From: a virus
Taxonomy: Duplodnaviria > Heunggongvirae > Uroviricota > Caudoviricetes
Virus record (IMG/VR): IMGVR_UViG_3300038393_000245
Coordinates: 76,289-140,288 of that record
Reading direction: 5' to 3' (one strand)
Length of the DNA stretch: 64,000 nt
Shown here: piece by piece, positions 19,422 through 26,884 of the stretch
How the letters are laid out: each line of letters opens with the position of its first letter
Position numbering within the stretch: position 1 is the first letter of the stretch
The notes under the pieces: generated by a model
Told to the model about the DNA's origin: nothing
Databases searched by the model: none
What the model saw: only the letters and a program-made list of their open reading frames with translations
Made by a program: the position numbers and the translations under genes

Positions 19422-19718
19422 CTATCGCATCGTCTTTCGAGAGAGGATCGAGGAGAGGACTCGAACCATTCGATTCTTGTCGTTCAGGTGCTCGCTCATA
19501 GTGAGAGTGAATGACTGGGCGAAATTGGGCTCGTTGCGAGCCAGAGTCCCCACGAGATACCCTCCGATGACTCCATTCTTCTTCTCGAAGCTCCTCTCGG
19601 TCCAGATCGAGGCGAAAGCGATGCCGCGATCATCAGACGCGATATCGAGACCATAATCAGCGCCCTCTAGGGCGCTCTTAGCCGTTTCGAATGAGACATC
19701 GTCCACGATGTATTTCAT
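19422..19718 (-). CDS. hypothetical protein (98 aa)
   Basis: Promoter at 19751-19778. Confidence 0.5.
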   Translation of the reverse strand: MKYIVDDVSFETAKSALEGADYGLDIASDDRGIAFASIWTERSFEKKNGVIGGYLVGTLARNEPNFAQSFTLTMSEHLNDKNRMVRVLSSILSRKTMR

Positions 19719-19750
19719 CTCACCATTTCCTCTCTTTCGTGTATGATGTC

Positions 19751-19778
19751 ATTCTATATCGAAGAAAGAAAATGTCAA
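19751..19778 (-). promoter_or_regulatory. early promoter TTGACA-N-TATAGAAT
   Basis: Reverse complement ggTTGACAttttctttcttcgaTATAGAAT. Confidence 0.6.
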
Positions 19779-19788
19779 CCCTCGTTTA

Positions 19789-20097
19789 TCAAGAAGCTCC
19801 CATCGTAAAAACGAAGTTTGCAGCATAATCCTCACAATAGGCTGGCTTGTCGTATTTCACATTCCAACCTTTGGATCGATACGCTTCCTCGAAATTGAGG
19901 TATCCCTTGTTGAAAATTACGTTACGAGATAATCCGCGTTCGCAGAGTTCGAAGACGATATCCTCTTGAAGAATCGTCGCTCTTCCGTGCGTATATTTTA
20001 GAGCGAGAAGACGATTCACCACCTCAAATACTTCGTCAGGAATGTTTTCCGACTTCGCTTTAGCGATATCGTCTGGTGAGATGGGTTCGACTGCCAT
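19789..20097 (-). CDS. hypothetical protein (102 aa)
   Basis: ORF track. Confidence 0.5.
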   Translation of the reverse strand: MAVEPISPDDIAKAKSENIPDEVFEVVNRLLALKYTHGRATILQEDIVFELCERGLSRNVIFNKGYLNFEEAYRSKGWNVKYDKPAYCEDYAANFVFTMGAS

Positions 20098-20120
20098 TTT
20101 AATTCTCCGTGTTGTTCATG

Positions 20121-20378
20121 TCAATCGTTATCCAATCGATTCGAATAGCTTTTCACGAACGTGAGATCATTTCCATCGACGTCCGTGTAGTGAATCACAT
20201 GGTACGTGGAAGTCCATACGACGGACTCGACTCGGAGTGCGAAACGATCGTACTCGTAGAGTTCTCTCGCCATCTTAGTGGCGTCTTCCTCGCTGAGTCG
20301 AACAGTATGATCGCTCGAGCACATCCTCATCCTGAGGAGATGATCGGTCAGGTGTCGTTGCATCGCACTCATATTCAC
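20121..20378 (-). CDS. hypothetical protein (85 aa)
   Basis: ORF track. Overlapping start/stop with the next ORF. Confidence 0.45.
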   Translation of the reverse strand: MNMSAMQRHLTDHLLRMRMCSSDHTVRLSEEDATKMARELYEYDRFALRVESVVWTSTYHVIHYTDVDGNDLTFVKSYSNRLDND

Positions 20379-20692
20379 GCTCCAGCCAGCGTAATGTACT
20401 TTTCAGGGAACCCCATCGAGACGGGAATGATATCGTATGACATCTCATTATCCACGAACGAGAAGCTAAGAGAACCATCATCGTTTTGTTCGAATGATTC
20501 TCGTGTCTCCAAGATGTCTCTGAGATCTAGTTGCTCATCGTCGTCGATATAGTTCTCGATGTAGTCGTTCACCTCAGAAAGGATGTGATCCTTAGCCTCG
20601 TCGATTGACTCGGCGATTCCCATAAGAGAGACATTAACATCGAATACCTTGGTGACGTATTCTGTATTGTGTCGAATCACTAAGTACATCAC
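20375..20692 (-). CDS. hypothetical acidic protein (105 aa)
   Basis: ORF track. Confidence 0.5.
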   Translation of the reverse strand: MMYLVIRHNTEYVTKVFDVNVSLMGIAESIDEAKDHILSEVNDYIENYIDDDEQLDLRDILETRESFEQNDDGSLSFSFVDNEMSYDIIPVSMGFPEKYITLAGA

Positions 20693-20711
20693 AAGACCCT
20701 TTCGAAAGATC

Positions 20712-20993
20712 TCAGCCGGCGACCTTCAGCCAACGGCCGTCTGGCTGCCTCTCGTATTTTTGACCTCGTCCAAGGCCAAGAGAACAACCATAAGAAACGA
20801 ATGCGTCGTGACCGATGTTTCCCCACCCGATTCCAGGAACGTTCGCGTCATACATGACGTCTCCAAGAGGAGTACCGTTGACCTGACAGTGAGTAGGGTT
20901 GGACCCAATCCAGTAGATTCGATCGCTCATCCGTGTCTCCATCGTTGGCTTAAAAAGAGAGTCGATGGCGAGACGGCCTGGGATTTCCCACAA
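20712..20993 (-). CDS. hypothetical protein (93 aa)
   Basis: GTG start with GAGAGGT SD. Promoter at 21117-21147. Confidence 0.4.
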   Translation of the reverse strand: MWEIPGRLAIDSLFKPTMETRMSDRIYWIGSNPTHCQVNGTPLGDVMYDANVPGIGWGNIGHDAFVSYGCSLGLGRGQKYERQPDGRWLKVAG

Positions 20994-21143
20994 TTACCTC
21001 TCGCTTTTCCCATTGGCGACTAACCCAATGAAACGGACGATTTGATGCCAGTCTAGCATTTGTCGCCCACTTTAATATCCACCGACACTCTTTTTAAACC
21101 AACCTCCTCTATATTCGTATACTAATACGATATAAAGAAAATG

Positions 21144-21353
21144 TCAACTTCGTTTTTTTCGATACCAGCTCTCGAGCCTTTGGTCCTTTCGATCGGACCA
21201 CCATCTCCAGATTTGATGCAGCTCTGTGGATTTATGGATGTTGACGCACGAGCTCCAATTATCCATCGCTCTCTCGCATCGATCCTGCATCTGATCGAGC
21301 GAGAGATTCTCTGAGATATAGTAGATGATAGCGCTCATATGTTTACGTACCAC
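21144..21353 (-). CDS. hypothetical protein (69 aa)
   Basis: ORF track. Confidence 0.35.
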   Translation of the reverse strand: MVRKHMSAIIYYISENLSLDQMQDRCERAMDNWSSCVNIHKSTELHQIWRWWSDRKDQRLESWYRKKRS

Positions 21354-21601
21354 CTCTGTCCAACGAGAGCAGTGTCCTCGTTGGAGAATAGAAGACGACC
21401 ATTCTCACCATACGTATGACCACAACAATCATACGAGTGAGTGCAGTGCGATCCTGGATATTTTTGAGAGACCATCTCTCTCAGTTCGTCTGGAGTCATA
21501 TTCTCATGAGAGATGATGTAGTAGTCGATTCCGGACGATGCGTCATCCGGATCGTAGTACTTTGTTGAGAGCCCCAGAACAGTGTATCGTTCATCGCTCA
21601 T
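21335..21601 (-). CDS. hypothetical Cys/His-rich protein (88 aa)
   Basis: HCTHSYDCCGH cluster. Confidence 0.5.
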   Translation of the reverse strand: MSDERYTVLGLSTKYYDPDDASSGIDYYIISHENMTPDELREMVSQKYPGSHCTHSYDCCGHTYGENGRLLFSNEDTALVGQRWYVNI

Positions 21602-21828
21602 TGGGCCATCTCCTCAAGAAGATACGTTCCAACGTATGGAACGCACGTCGTCTTCAGTTCAGAGAGTCGATCCGTCGTTGTAGTGATTACACGACAATCA
21701 TTGTACGTGTTTCGAACGTATGACCTTAACCACTCGTAGTTAGAACGATCGGATCGAGACAGGCAGAAGATATCGTGAATACGATCATCCTGTCTATCCA
21801 CCGGTATCAAGACGATTTGCCTGGACAT
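21598..21828 (-). CDS. hypothetical protein (76 aa)
   Basis: Promoter at 21849-21878. Confidence 0.5.
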   Translation of the reverse strand: MSRQIVLIPVDRQDDRIHDIFCLSRSDRSNYEWLRSYVRNTYNDCRVITTTTDRLSELKTTCVPYVGTYLLEEMAQ

Positions 21829-21848
21829 CAGGAACCTCCCATCTTGAT

Positions 21849-21878
21849 TATTCTACTACATGTGATTAGAAATGTCAA
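21849..21878 (-). promoter_or_regulatory. early promoter TTGACA-N17-TAGAAT
   Basis: Reverse complement tgTTGACAtttctaatcacatgtagTAGAAT. Confidence 0.6.
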
Positions 21879-21987
21879 CAGACGATTTATTGTAATCCGG
21901 CTTACAGGAGACCGCGAGAGACGCGGTCGTCACTGCTAGTATGATTCCAATGATAGCTCGCCACATAGAGAATTCCCCCTCGAGTAG

Positions 21988-22070
21988 AAGAGAAGGCCGG
22001 AATCGAACCGACGACAGGTCCTAAGAGGGGTTACAATCCCAGGACTGCTCTACCACTGAGCTACTTCTCT
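21988..22070 (-). tRNA. atypical tRNA-like gene (83 nt), candidate anticodon UGU (Thr) on an abnormally extended anticodon arm
   Basis: Reverse complement reads AGAGAAG-UA-GCUC-AGUGGUA-GAGC-A...GUCGG-UUCGAUU-CCGGC-CUUCUCU-U. Acceptor, U8A9, D-arm and T-arm are canonical. The anticodon arm is 28 nt (GUCCU-GGG-AUUGUAA-CCC-CUCUU-AGGAC) instead of 17. Consensus promoter at 22078-22108 places the transcription start at its 5' end. Confidence 0.5.
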
Positions 22071-22077
22071 TCCATGT

Positions 22078-22108
22078 ATATTCTAATACACTTGAAAAGA
22101 AATGTCAA
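22078..22108 (-). promoter_or_regulatory. early promoter TTGACA-N17-TAGAAT driving the tRNA-like gene
   Basis: Reverse complement ccaTTGACAtttcttttcaagtgtatTAGAATatacaTGG. The +1 position falls at or near the tRNA 5' end. Confidence 0.6.
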
Positions 22109-22117
22109 TGGCAAAAT

Positions 22118-22423
22118 CTAGGTGAGAGCGCACCCATCTAGAAACTCGATCGCCCAGCTGCTGTACGAGAATCTCTTTCTGAGTTCCTCGTTAGAGTGAT
22201 CCTTGATTTGATCGTACCACGATCGAGCCTCTTCGTGAAAGAGCTCTTCGTGCTCATCGCTCTCCATCAAGTGACCGGCGAGAGAATCGATCTCGCCTTC
22301 TGGAGTGTCGCACCAGTGTTCAGGGTTTCCAAGAGGGTCTCGAACGTGTTGTCGGAGACCAAGGTTGCTCACGGCCAGCATAGCGGCAAGATGAGATAAA
22401 ATTTGTCCTCGAGTTTGAGTCAC
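22118..22423 (-). CDS. hypothetical protein (101 aa)
   Basis: ORF track. Confidence 0.5.
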   Translation of the reverse strand: MTQTRGQILSHLAAMLAVSNLGLRQHVRDPLGNPEHWCDTPEGEIDSLAGHLMESDEHEELFHEEARSWYDQIKDHSNEELRKRFSYSSWAIEFLDGCALT

Positions 22424-22797
22424 GCTGCCTCCTTCTTCTCCTCATTGCGACGAATGCGATATTCATATTCGCGAACGGCGCTGTCGAAAACTCTCTTCAC
22501 CCACTTGGAACGAGACTCATTGGGGAAGACATTCGTCCTCAACCCGATATGATCTCGAACGTTCTGAAGAGTGATGTCGATCTCCCCTTTGGGCCACGGA
22601 GAAATCGCGTCATCCGCTTTCAGCCGGATGAAGAACTCGATGTAATTCTTTTCGGTGATCTCTCCAATGCCCGTCGACATCGTAGCGAAGATGAGATACT
22701 CGGTCACCGGATTAAGTCGATTGTCGTCGATAAGACACCTCGACTTCCAGTCCTTAATTCGAGTCAACTCGTAATTGAGGCTCATTGTTTCCTCCAT
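22420..22797 (-). CDS. hypothetical protein (125 aa)
   Basis: Promoter at 22808-22835. Confidence 0.5.
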   Translation of the reverse strand: MEETMSLNYELTRIKDWKSRCLIDDNRLNPVTEYLIFATMSTGIGEITEKNYIEFFIRLKADDAISPWPKGEIDITLQNVRDHIGLRTNVFPNESRSKWVKRVFDSAVREYEYRIRRNEEKKEAA

Positions 22798-22807
22798 TTC
22801 TTATCAT

Positions 22808-22835
22808 ATACTAATTCGATAAGAAGGAAATGTCA
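22808..22835 (-). promoter_or_regulatory. early promoter TTGACA-N17-TAGTAT
   Basis: Reverse complement TTGACAtttccttcttatcgaatTAGTAT. Confidence 0.55.
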
Positions 22836-22844
22836 ATAGACGAT

Positions 22845-23198
22845 TTATTCGTCTTCTGTGGCGAGGGAGAGAGACTCTTTTTGGAGTTCTCTCGAGAGAT
22901 CGTACTCGGGGATAAGAGAGCCTCCGGTATCCCACGTCCGAGCCGTGTCGAGTTTGTCATTGAAGGCGAGTCGACCCTCTTCTTCGGTTCTGTGATATCG
23001 GCCCCAGAAGAATGACCGAGGGTGAAGAGATCCCCTCGGACGAGTGAAACTCCAGGCGATGAACTCGTCTTTGTCGTCTCCGAACTTATTCGGATTGCGC
23101 ATCAGAATGAGCCCACCAGCCTGAGTGAATCTGTCCGGTCGTGTGTACCGAACATCCAGGACTTCCATTCCGTTTACGATATCACCCTTCTTCATCAC
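22845..23198 (-). CDS. hypothetical protein (117 aa)
   Basis: Promoter at 23227-23254. Confidence 0.5.
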   Translation of the reverse strand: MMKKGDIVNGMEVLDVRYTRPDRFTQAGGLILMRNPNKFGDDKDEFIAWSFTRPRGSLHPRSFFWGRYHRTEEEGRLAFNDKLDTARTWDTGGSLIPEYDLSRELQKESLSLATEDE

Positions 23199-23226
23199 TC
23201 GACTCCCATCTGTGATTTATGGGATT

Positions 23227-23254
23227 ATTCTATATCGAGGAGAAAAAACGTCAA
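23227..23254 (-). promoter_or_regulatory. early promoter AAAAGCCC-TTGACG-N-TATAGAAT
   Basis: Reverse complement aaaagcccTTGACGttttttctcctcgaTATAGAAT. Confidence 0.55.
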
Positions 23255-23287
23255 GGGCTTTTAATAACACAAACAAAGAAGAATCTG

Positions 23288-23316
23288 TTGACAATTGTGA
23301 TTTGTTTGATTAGAAT
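23288..23316 (+). promoter_or_regulatory. consensus TTGACA-N17-TAGAAT on the plus strand, antisense to the 3' end of gene 23310..23498
   Basis: ttgaca attgtgatttgtttgat tagaat. Three hairpins lie downstream at 23350-23400. Confidence 0.4.
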
Positions 23317-23498
23317 GAGAAGCCTCGACTCCTCTTTCCATTCGACACAGAAAAGTACTCGAATGGACTCAACGTCGAGTCGAACTTCTTCTTCGACTTA
23401 AACTTAGAGCGTCCCGTTGACATTGGAATCTTTTGTACTCGAACAGCCTTTTCCAATTTGTTTAGAGAGACTACAGTATTCTCTTTTTGTTCTTTCAT
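23310..23498 (-). CDS. small Lys/Arg-rich basic protein (62 aa)
   Basis: AAGGAGGAG SD 5 nt upstream of the ATG. Confidence 0.45.
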   Translation of the reverse strand: MKEQKENTVVSLNKLEKAVRVQKIPMSTGRSKFKSKKKFDSTLSPFEYFSVSNGKRSRGFSF

Positions 23499-23508
23499 TT
23501 CTCCTCCT

Positions 23509-23793
23509 TCATGTCGAGCTCAGAACCCACGCTCTCTTGCCGTCCGATATCGTATAGACTCTCCAGATCGAGCCGTCGCCGAAGAGATCGTTCACTTCGA
23601 GAAGCGCTCCCTCTTCAACCTCTCCACCATGGAATCGGAACCGTTGCCCAGGTCCAAGAGAATACTTGATAGAGTCGTGAACCATTACGGTATCTTCTCT
23701 AACGTCCTCAATCTCAACTAGTTCATACTCGTGGCCGTGACTTCGAACGTACTCTTCTAGTATCTTCAGCAATGGATCTGAGATCGTCTCCAT
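23509..23793 (-). CDS. hypothetical acidic protein (94 aa)
   Basis: ORF track. Confidence 0.5.
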   Translation of the reverse strand: METISDPLLKILEEYVRSHGHEYELVEIEDVREDTVMVHDSIKYSLGPGQRFRFHGGEVEEGALLEVNDLFGDGSIWRVYTISDGKRAWVLSST

Positions 23794-24074
23794 CAGAACA
23801 GCCCTCCGAGTGAGTCAAACTTCTCTTCGAACCCCCACGAGTGGCCTCTTCCTTTGAAGACTCTCGCATATAGATTAGGATGCCCCGTCGCATTAACGGG
23901 GTCGCCAGGCTTTCGAAGGAGTATTTCGGTAGACGACGAGGAGTACGCGACCGTGTAGCCAGCGTCATTGGCTCTTTTAAGAGCCCTTTGTTGGTGCTCT
24001 CTAGATCGATCTGGCATGAGGTTCTTCAAGAGGCCGAGCTCCCATCCACGAGAAGTTCCTCTCTGTCTTCCCAT
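23793..24074 (-). CDS. hypothetical protein (93 aa or shorter), overlaps the upstream ORF
   Basis: Overlaps 24001..24354 by 74 nt in another frame. An internal ATG at 24019 would reduce the overlap to 17 nt. Confidence 0.35.
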   Translation of the reverse strand: MGRQRGTSRGWELGLLKNLMPDRSREHQQRALKRANDAGYTVAYSSSSTEILLRKPGDPVNATGHPNLYARVFKGRGHSWGFEEKFDSLGGLF

Positions 24075-24354
24075 ATAGAAGACCTCCAGGATAGTCGGAA
24101 CGAGGAGGGTCTATAGCGTGGTTGGCAGCGTTGATGATAATCTCACACATCGGCTTTTCCGAGATGAGTCCATCACCAAAGCACTCGAGGCCCCAGTGTT
24201 GTTCTCCGTATCCCGATCCTTCCGGAGATACGTCTTCGGCATCTACCATGAGTCCGTACAAGCGTCCGCGCTTCATCTTGATATCATCGAACATGTTCAA
24301 CTGGTCCTTTCTAGGACGACCCAGGAATGCATTCCACCAGGTATCAATTCCCAT
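24001..24354 (-). CDS. hypothetical protein (117 aa)
   Basis: Promoter at 24362-24390. Confidence 0.45.
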   Translation of the reverse strand: MGIDTWWNAFLGRPRKDQLNMFDDIKMKRGRLYGLMVDAEDVSPEGSGYGEQHWGLECFGDGLISEKPMCEIIINAANHAIDPPRSDYPGGLLYGKTERNFSWMGARPLEEPHARSI

Positions 24355-24361
24355 TATGCTT

Positions 24362-24390
24362 ATTCTATATCAGAGAATAAAACATGTAAA
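24362..24390 (-). promoter_or_regulatory. early promoter AAAAGCCC-TTTACA-N-TATAGAAT
   Basis: Reverse complement aaaagcccTTTACAtgttttattctctgaTATAGAAT. Confidence 0.55.
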
Positions 24391-24422
24391 GGGCTTTTAT
24401 TTTATTCAGACAGTTGACAATA

Positions 24423-24680
24423 TTATAGCGGCTGCTTATAAGAGTAGACGTTTTGTTTATTCTTAACGTCCATAACGTTTCCATTGATCGTGACAGATTC
24501 TACGATCCTCTGATCGGTTCCGTCCTCATTGACGCTATTGAGTCTCTCGAGTTGTTCGAAAAACATGTAACCGTCACTGTCTTCGTTATCAAAGTTTTGG
24601 ATCGTAATGGATCCGTCGATGTTGTTCGTGTATGTGAGTGTCCAGACTCGATCGCCCACAACCATAGAGGCTTTTTTCAT
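24423..24680 (-). CDS. hypothetical protein (85 aa)
   Basis: AAGGG SD. Preceded by a ~280-nt structured leader. Confidence 0.5.
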   Translation of the reverse strand: MKKASMVVGDRVWTLTYTNNIDGSITIQNFDNEDSDGYMFFEQLERLNSVNEDGTDQRIVESVTINGNVMDVKNKQNVYSYKQPL

Positions 24681-24967
24681 TTATTCCCTTGTTTGTATGA
24701 GGTGGGTGGAGACGACCTTCCAGTTGGCCTAGGCGTCGCCCCCACCCTCTCACCGTGCCCGAGGATGGGAGGGTTAGGCACGGCAAGTTCAAATTTCAAT
24801 CGAATACTTTGGTCTGTTGTCGTTGACCGGCTTCTTTTCTTTAACGCCTGACATGAGCCGTATGAGTGCTGAACCGTTGGTATATCTTAACGCACCATCA
24901 CGACTCAGAAAACTATAGCACGGAAGACCACAGACCCAAAGCACGATCCTATTCCAATCCTAGGGCT

Positions 24968-24995
24968 ATTCTATCACAGACTCCTAAAATTGTCA
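24968..24995 (-). promoter_or_regulatory. early promoter TTGACA-N17-TAGAAT
   Basis: Reverse complement ccTTGACAattttaggagtctgtgaTAGAAT. Confidence 0.6.
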
Positions 24996-25196
24996 AGGCA
25001 ATATTTCAAGAGACTTATTGTGCTGCTCGAGAACCCGAACCTCTACGAGTCTTGCGCTCATGTAGTCAGGAATCACCTCAACGGCCTTATTGAACCTTTC
25101 GACGGCTCCATCTCGAGTATCCCGGAATCGTCGAACCGTGTCCCATCCATCTCCGGTGTCGACATCGATGGCAAACTGCACACAATTTTTGGCCAT
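24993..25196 (-). CDS. hypothetical protein (67 aa)
   Basis: ORF track. Confidence 0.4.
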   Translation of the reverse strand: MAKNCVQFAIDVDTGDGWDTVRRFRDTRDGAVERFNKAVEVIPDYMSARLVEVRVLEQHNKSLEILP

Positions 25197-26209
25197 TACC
25201 TTCGGCCTCCCTTTTCGATGTATGAGATGAACCCGTGTTCCTCAATAGTAAACCGAAGATCATTCTTCTTCTTCTCTTTCATCGCATTGAGGAAGTTGAT
25301 GCACCTCTCAACGGTGAGTGGACGCTCTGGAACCGAGAGCGTCATGTGTTTTGGAAATTGAAAGTTGGGGTGAAGATCGACTCTGGGCGCCTCATCGCGA
25401 TGTACAATCTCCATCGCTCTTTGCCCAGTCTCGATGATCTCTTCTTGTGGTGTGGGAGGAGTCTTAAGAGGAGTCGCGATCTCTTCAATCTTAACGTCCT
25501 CTTTCTTCTCCAGAGACTCGATTCTCTTTTTCCCTCTCAAAATCGGGGGCAGTCGATCCTTTGGAACCTCGATAAGAATTTCGTTCTTATGAGGTCTCAC
25601 TCCAACAGCAGGGGCCGATCTGAACTCTCCGAACTTCTCTTTAACTCCAGGAGCCATGGTAGAAGACATGACAAGGACGAATGCACGAGACATCTTCGAG
25701 TATCCTCCTTGAATGATGCCATCGACCTTCTTCTTGCCTTTTGGGAGTTCCTTTTTGACCACGGCTATCCATGGATCTTTTTCGAGTGAGTGGCTCGTCC
25801 TCAGTTCGATCCCCCAGTGTCCTGCCGGTCTATGATCCTTGTCAACGAATCTTTCAAAAAGCTCATTCCCTTCGGGAATCGTTACGAAAATCTGAGTACT
25901 CGTGATTCCAACCCTAATGGGTGATCCCTCGGCCATGTTGTGTTTTTCCTCTTTCATCTGTCGCCTACCAGGGATCATCTCCCTTCTCTCGGCTCCAATC
26001 TCTCGAAGCACGGACCTCATGTTAGTAACAACATTCTTTGGTCCTCGAACGGTGTCGCTTCCAGTGGATGGAAGGGTTATGAACTTCCTTTTTCCACTAA
26101 GAGTAAAGGTCGCCTTCCTGTGCTTACTCAGACGATCCCACTCTATCGACACTCCTGGCCAGTGCTCGATCTCTTGTTCGACTGCTGATATGAATGGATC
26201 TCGAGCCAT
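25196..26209 (-). CDS. hypothetical protein (~337 aa), Lys-rich
   Basis: ATG at 26209 with GGAG SD. The listed 26224 start is TTG. Confidence 0.55.
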   Translation of the reverse strand: MARDPFISAVEQEIEHWPGVSIEWDRLSKHRKATFTLSGKRKFITLPSTGSDTVRGPKNVVTNMRSVLREIGAERREMIPGRRQMKEEKHNMAEGSPIRVGITSTQIFVTIPEGNELFERFVDKDHRPAGHWGIELRTSHSLEKDPWIAVVKKELPKGKKKVDGIIQGGYSKMSRAFVLVMSSTMAPGVKEKFGEFRSAPAVGVRPHKNEILIEVPKDRLPPILRGKKRIESLEKKEDVKIEEIATPLKTPPTPQEEIIETGQRAMEIVHRDEAPRVDLHPNFQFPKHMTLSVPERPLTVERCINFLNAMKEKKKNDLRFTIEEHGFISYIEKGGRR

Positions 26210-26363
26210 TAATCGTCTCCCCAATCACATCGACAGGAGTTGCACCTCCAACGATGAAGATTGGAATCCCACGACGCGTCGTCCTTGCACCATATCAGGC
26301 ACTTGAGACGATTTAGTGGAACCACGATGGCTCTCACTATGCGACGAATCTTTTCCCTCTTCG

Positions 26364-26543
26364 TCATAGGGCGTATTCGGGCTGGAGGATGAACCCATTC
26401 GCGTCCATCGTCTTAATCCCACGGTGCATGCTCTTTTCGAGAGAGGCTCGAACTCGCATGAGATGAAGAGTAGTAGTCTGGCGTGGAAGCCTCGTCCTGA
26501 AGACGTGTCCATTCACATTGACCGACTCTATCAGAATATCCAT
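26364..26543 (-). CDS. hypothetical small protein (59 aa)
   Basis: ATG at 26543 with perfect GGAGGT SD 6 nt upstream. Promoter at 26568-26595. Confidence 0.45.
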   Translation of the reverse strand: MDILIESVNVNGHVFRTRLPRQTTTLHLMRVRASLEKSMHRGIKTMDANGFILQPEYAL

Positions 26544-26620
26544 TTGCACCTCCCATTTGATGATACATCTTAATTCATGATAGGAAAAATGTCAATAACA
26601 TGTTAAAAATCGGCACACCA

Positions 26621-26649
26621 TTGACAATTCTATCGAGAGTGGTTATAAT
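26621..26649 (+). promoter_or_regulatory. perfect sigma70 consensus promoter (TTGACA-N17-TATAAT) with no ORF downstream
   Basis: ttgaca attctatcgagagtggt tataat. The transcript would run ~215 nt to the terminator at 26845-26875. Confidence 0.6.
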
Positions 26650-26689
26650 GGCTTTGGGCCCAATGAACTATTAGATCGTGTTTCTCAGA

Positions 26690-26789
26690 TGGCCACTGAT
26701 CAATGGATAAATCTAAACAATAGGATATACCATTTATCTCGATAATGTATTCTAAGGCCACTCTGAAGGGCAAATTCCATATCGATTTT
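26690..26789 (+). repeat. inverted repeat copy A (core 26719-26789)
   Basis: aataggatataccatttatctcgata + 11-nt variable block + ggccactctgaagggcaaattccatatcgatttt. Reverse-complement copy at 29005-29075. Confidence 0.8.
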
Positions 26790-26844
26790 CATTGATAGGA
26801 GTATTCAATATGATATTCAGAACACGGACACACGAAAAGGGACC

Positions 26845-26875
26845 GAGTTTCCCCGGTCCCTTTGTTTGAGTGATG
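26845..26875. terminator. bidirectional rho-independent terminator
   Basis: GGGACCG-agtttcc-CCGGTCCC followed by TTTGTTTG. Also lies 10 nt past the stop of the minus gene 26885..27463. Confidence 0.65.
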
Positions 26876-26884
26876 TTAGCCTTG

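Noticed and set aside
20096-20124. TTGACA-N17-TAAAAT upstream of gene 19789..20097
   Set aside because: The -10 hexamer overlaps the ATG itself, so it cannot drive this start codon. It is probably fortuitous or an internal promoter.
21853-21966. 38-aa lipoprotein-like mini-ORF (MWRAIIGIILAVTTASLAVSC...) just downstream of the tRNA-like gene
   Set aside because: It is short, overlaps the next promoter and has no clear SD. It is noted only as a possibility.
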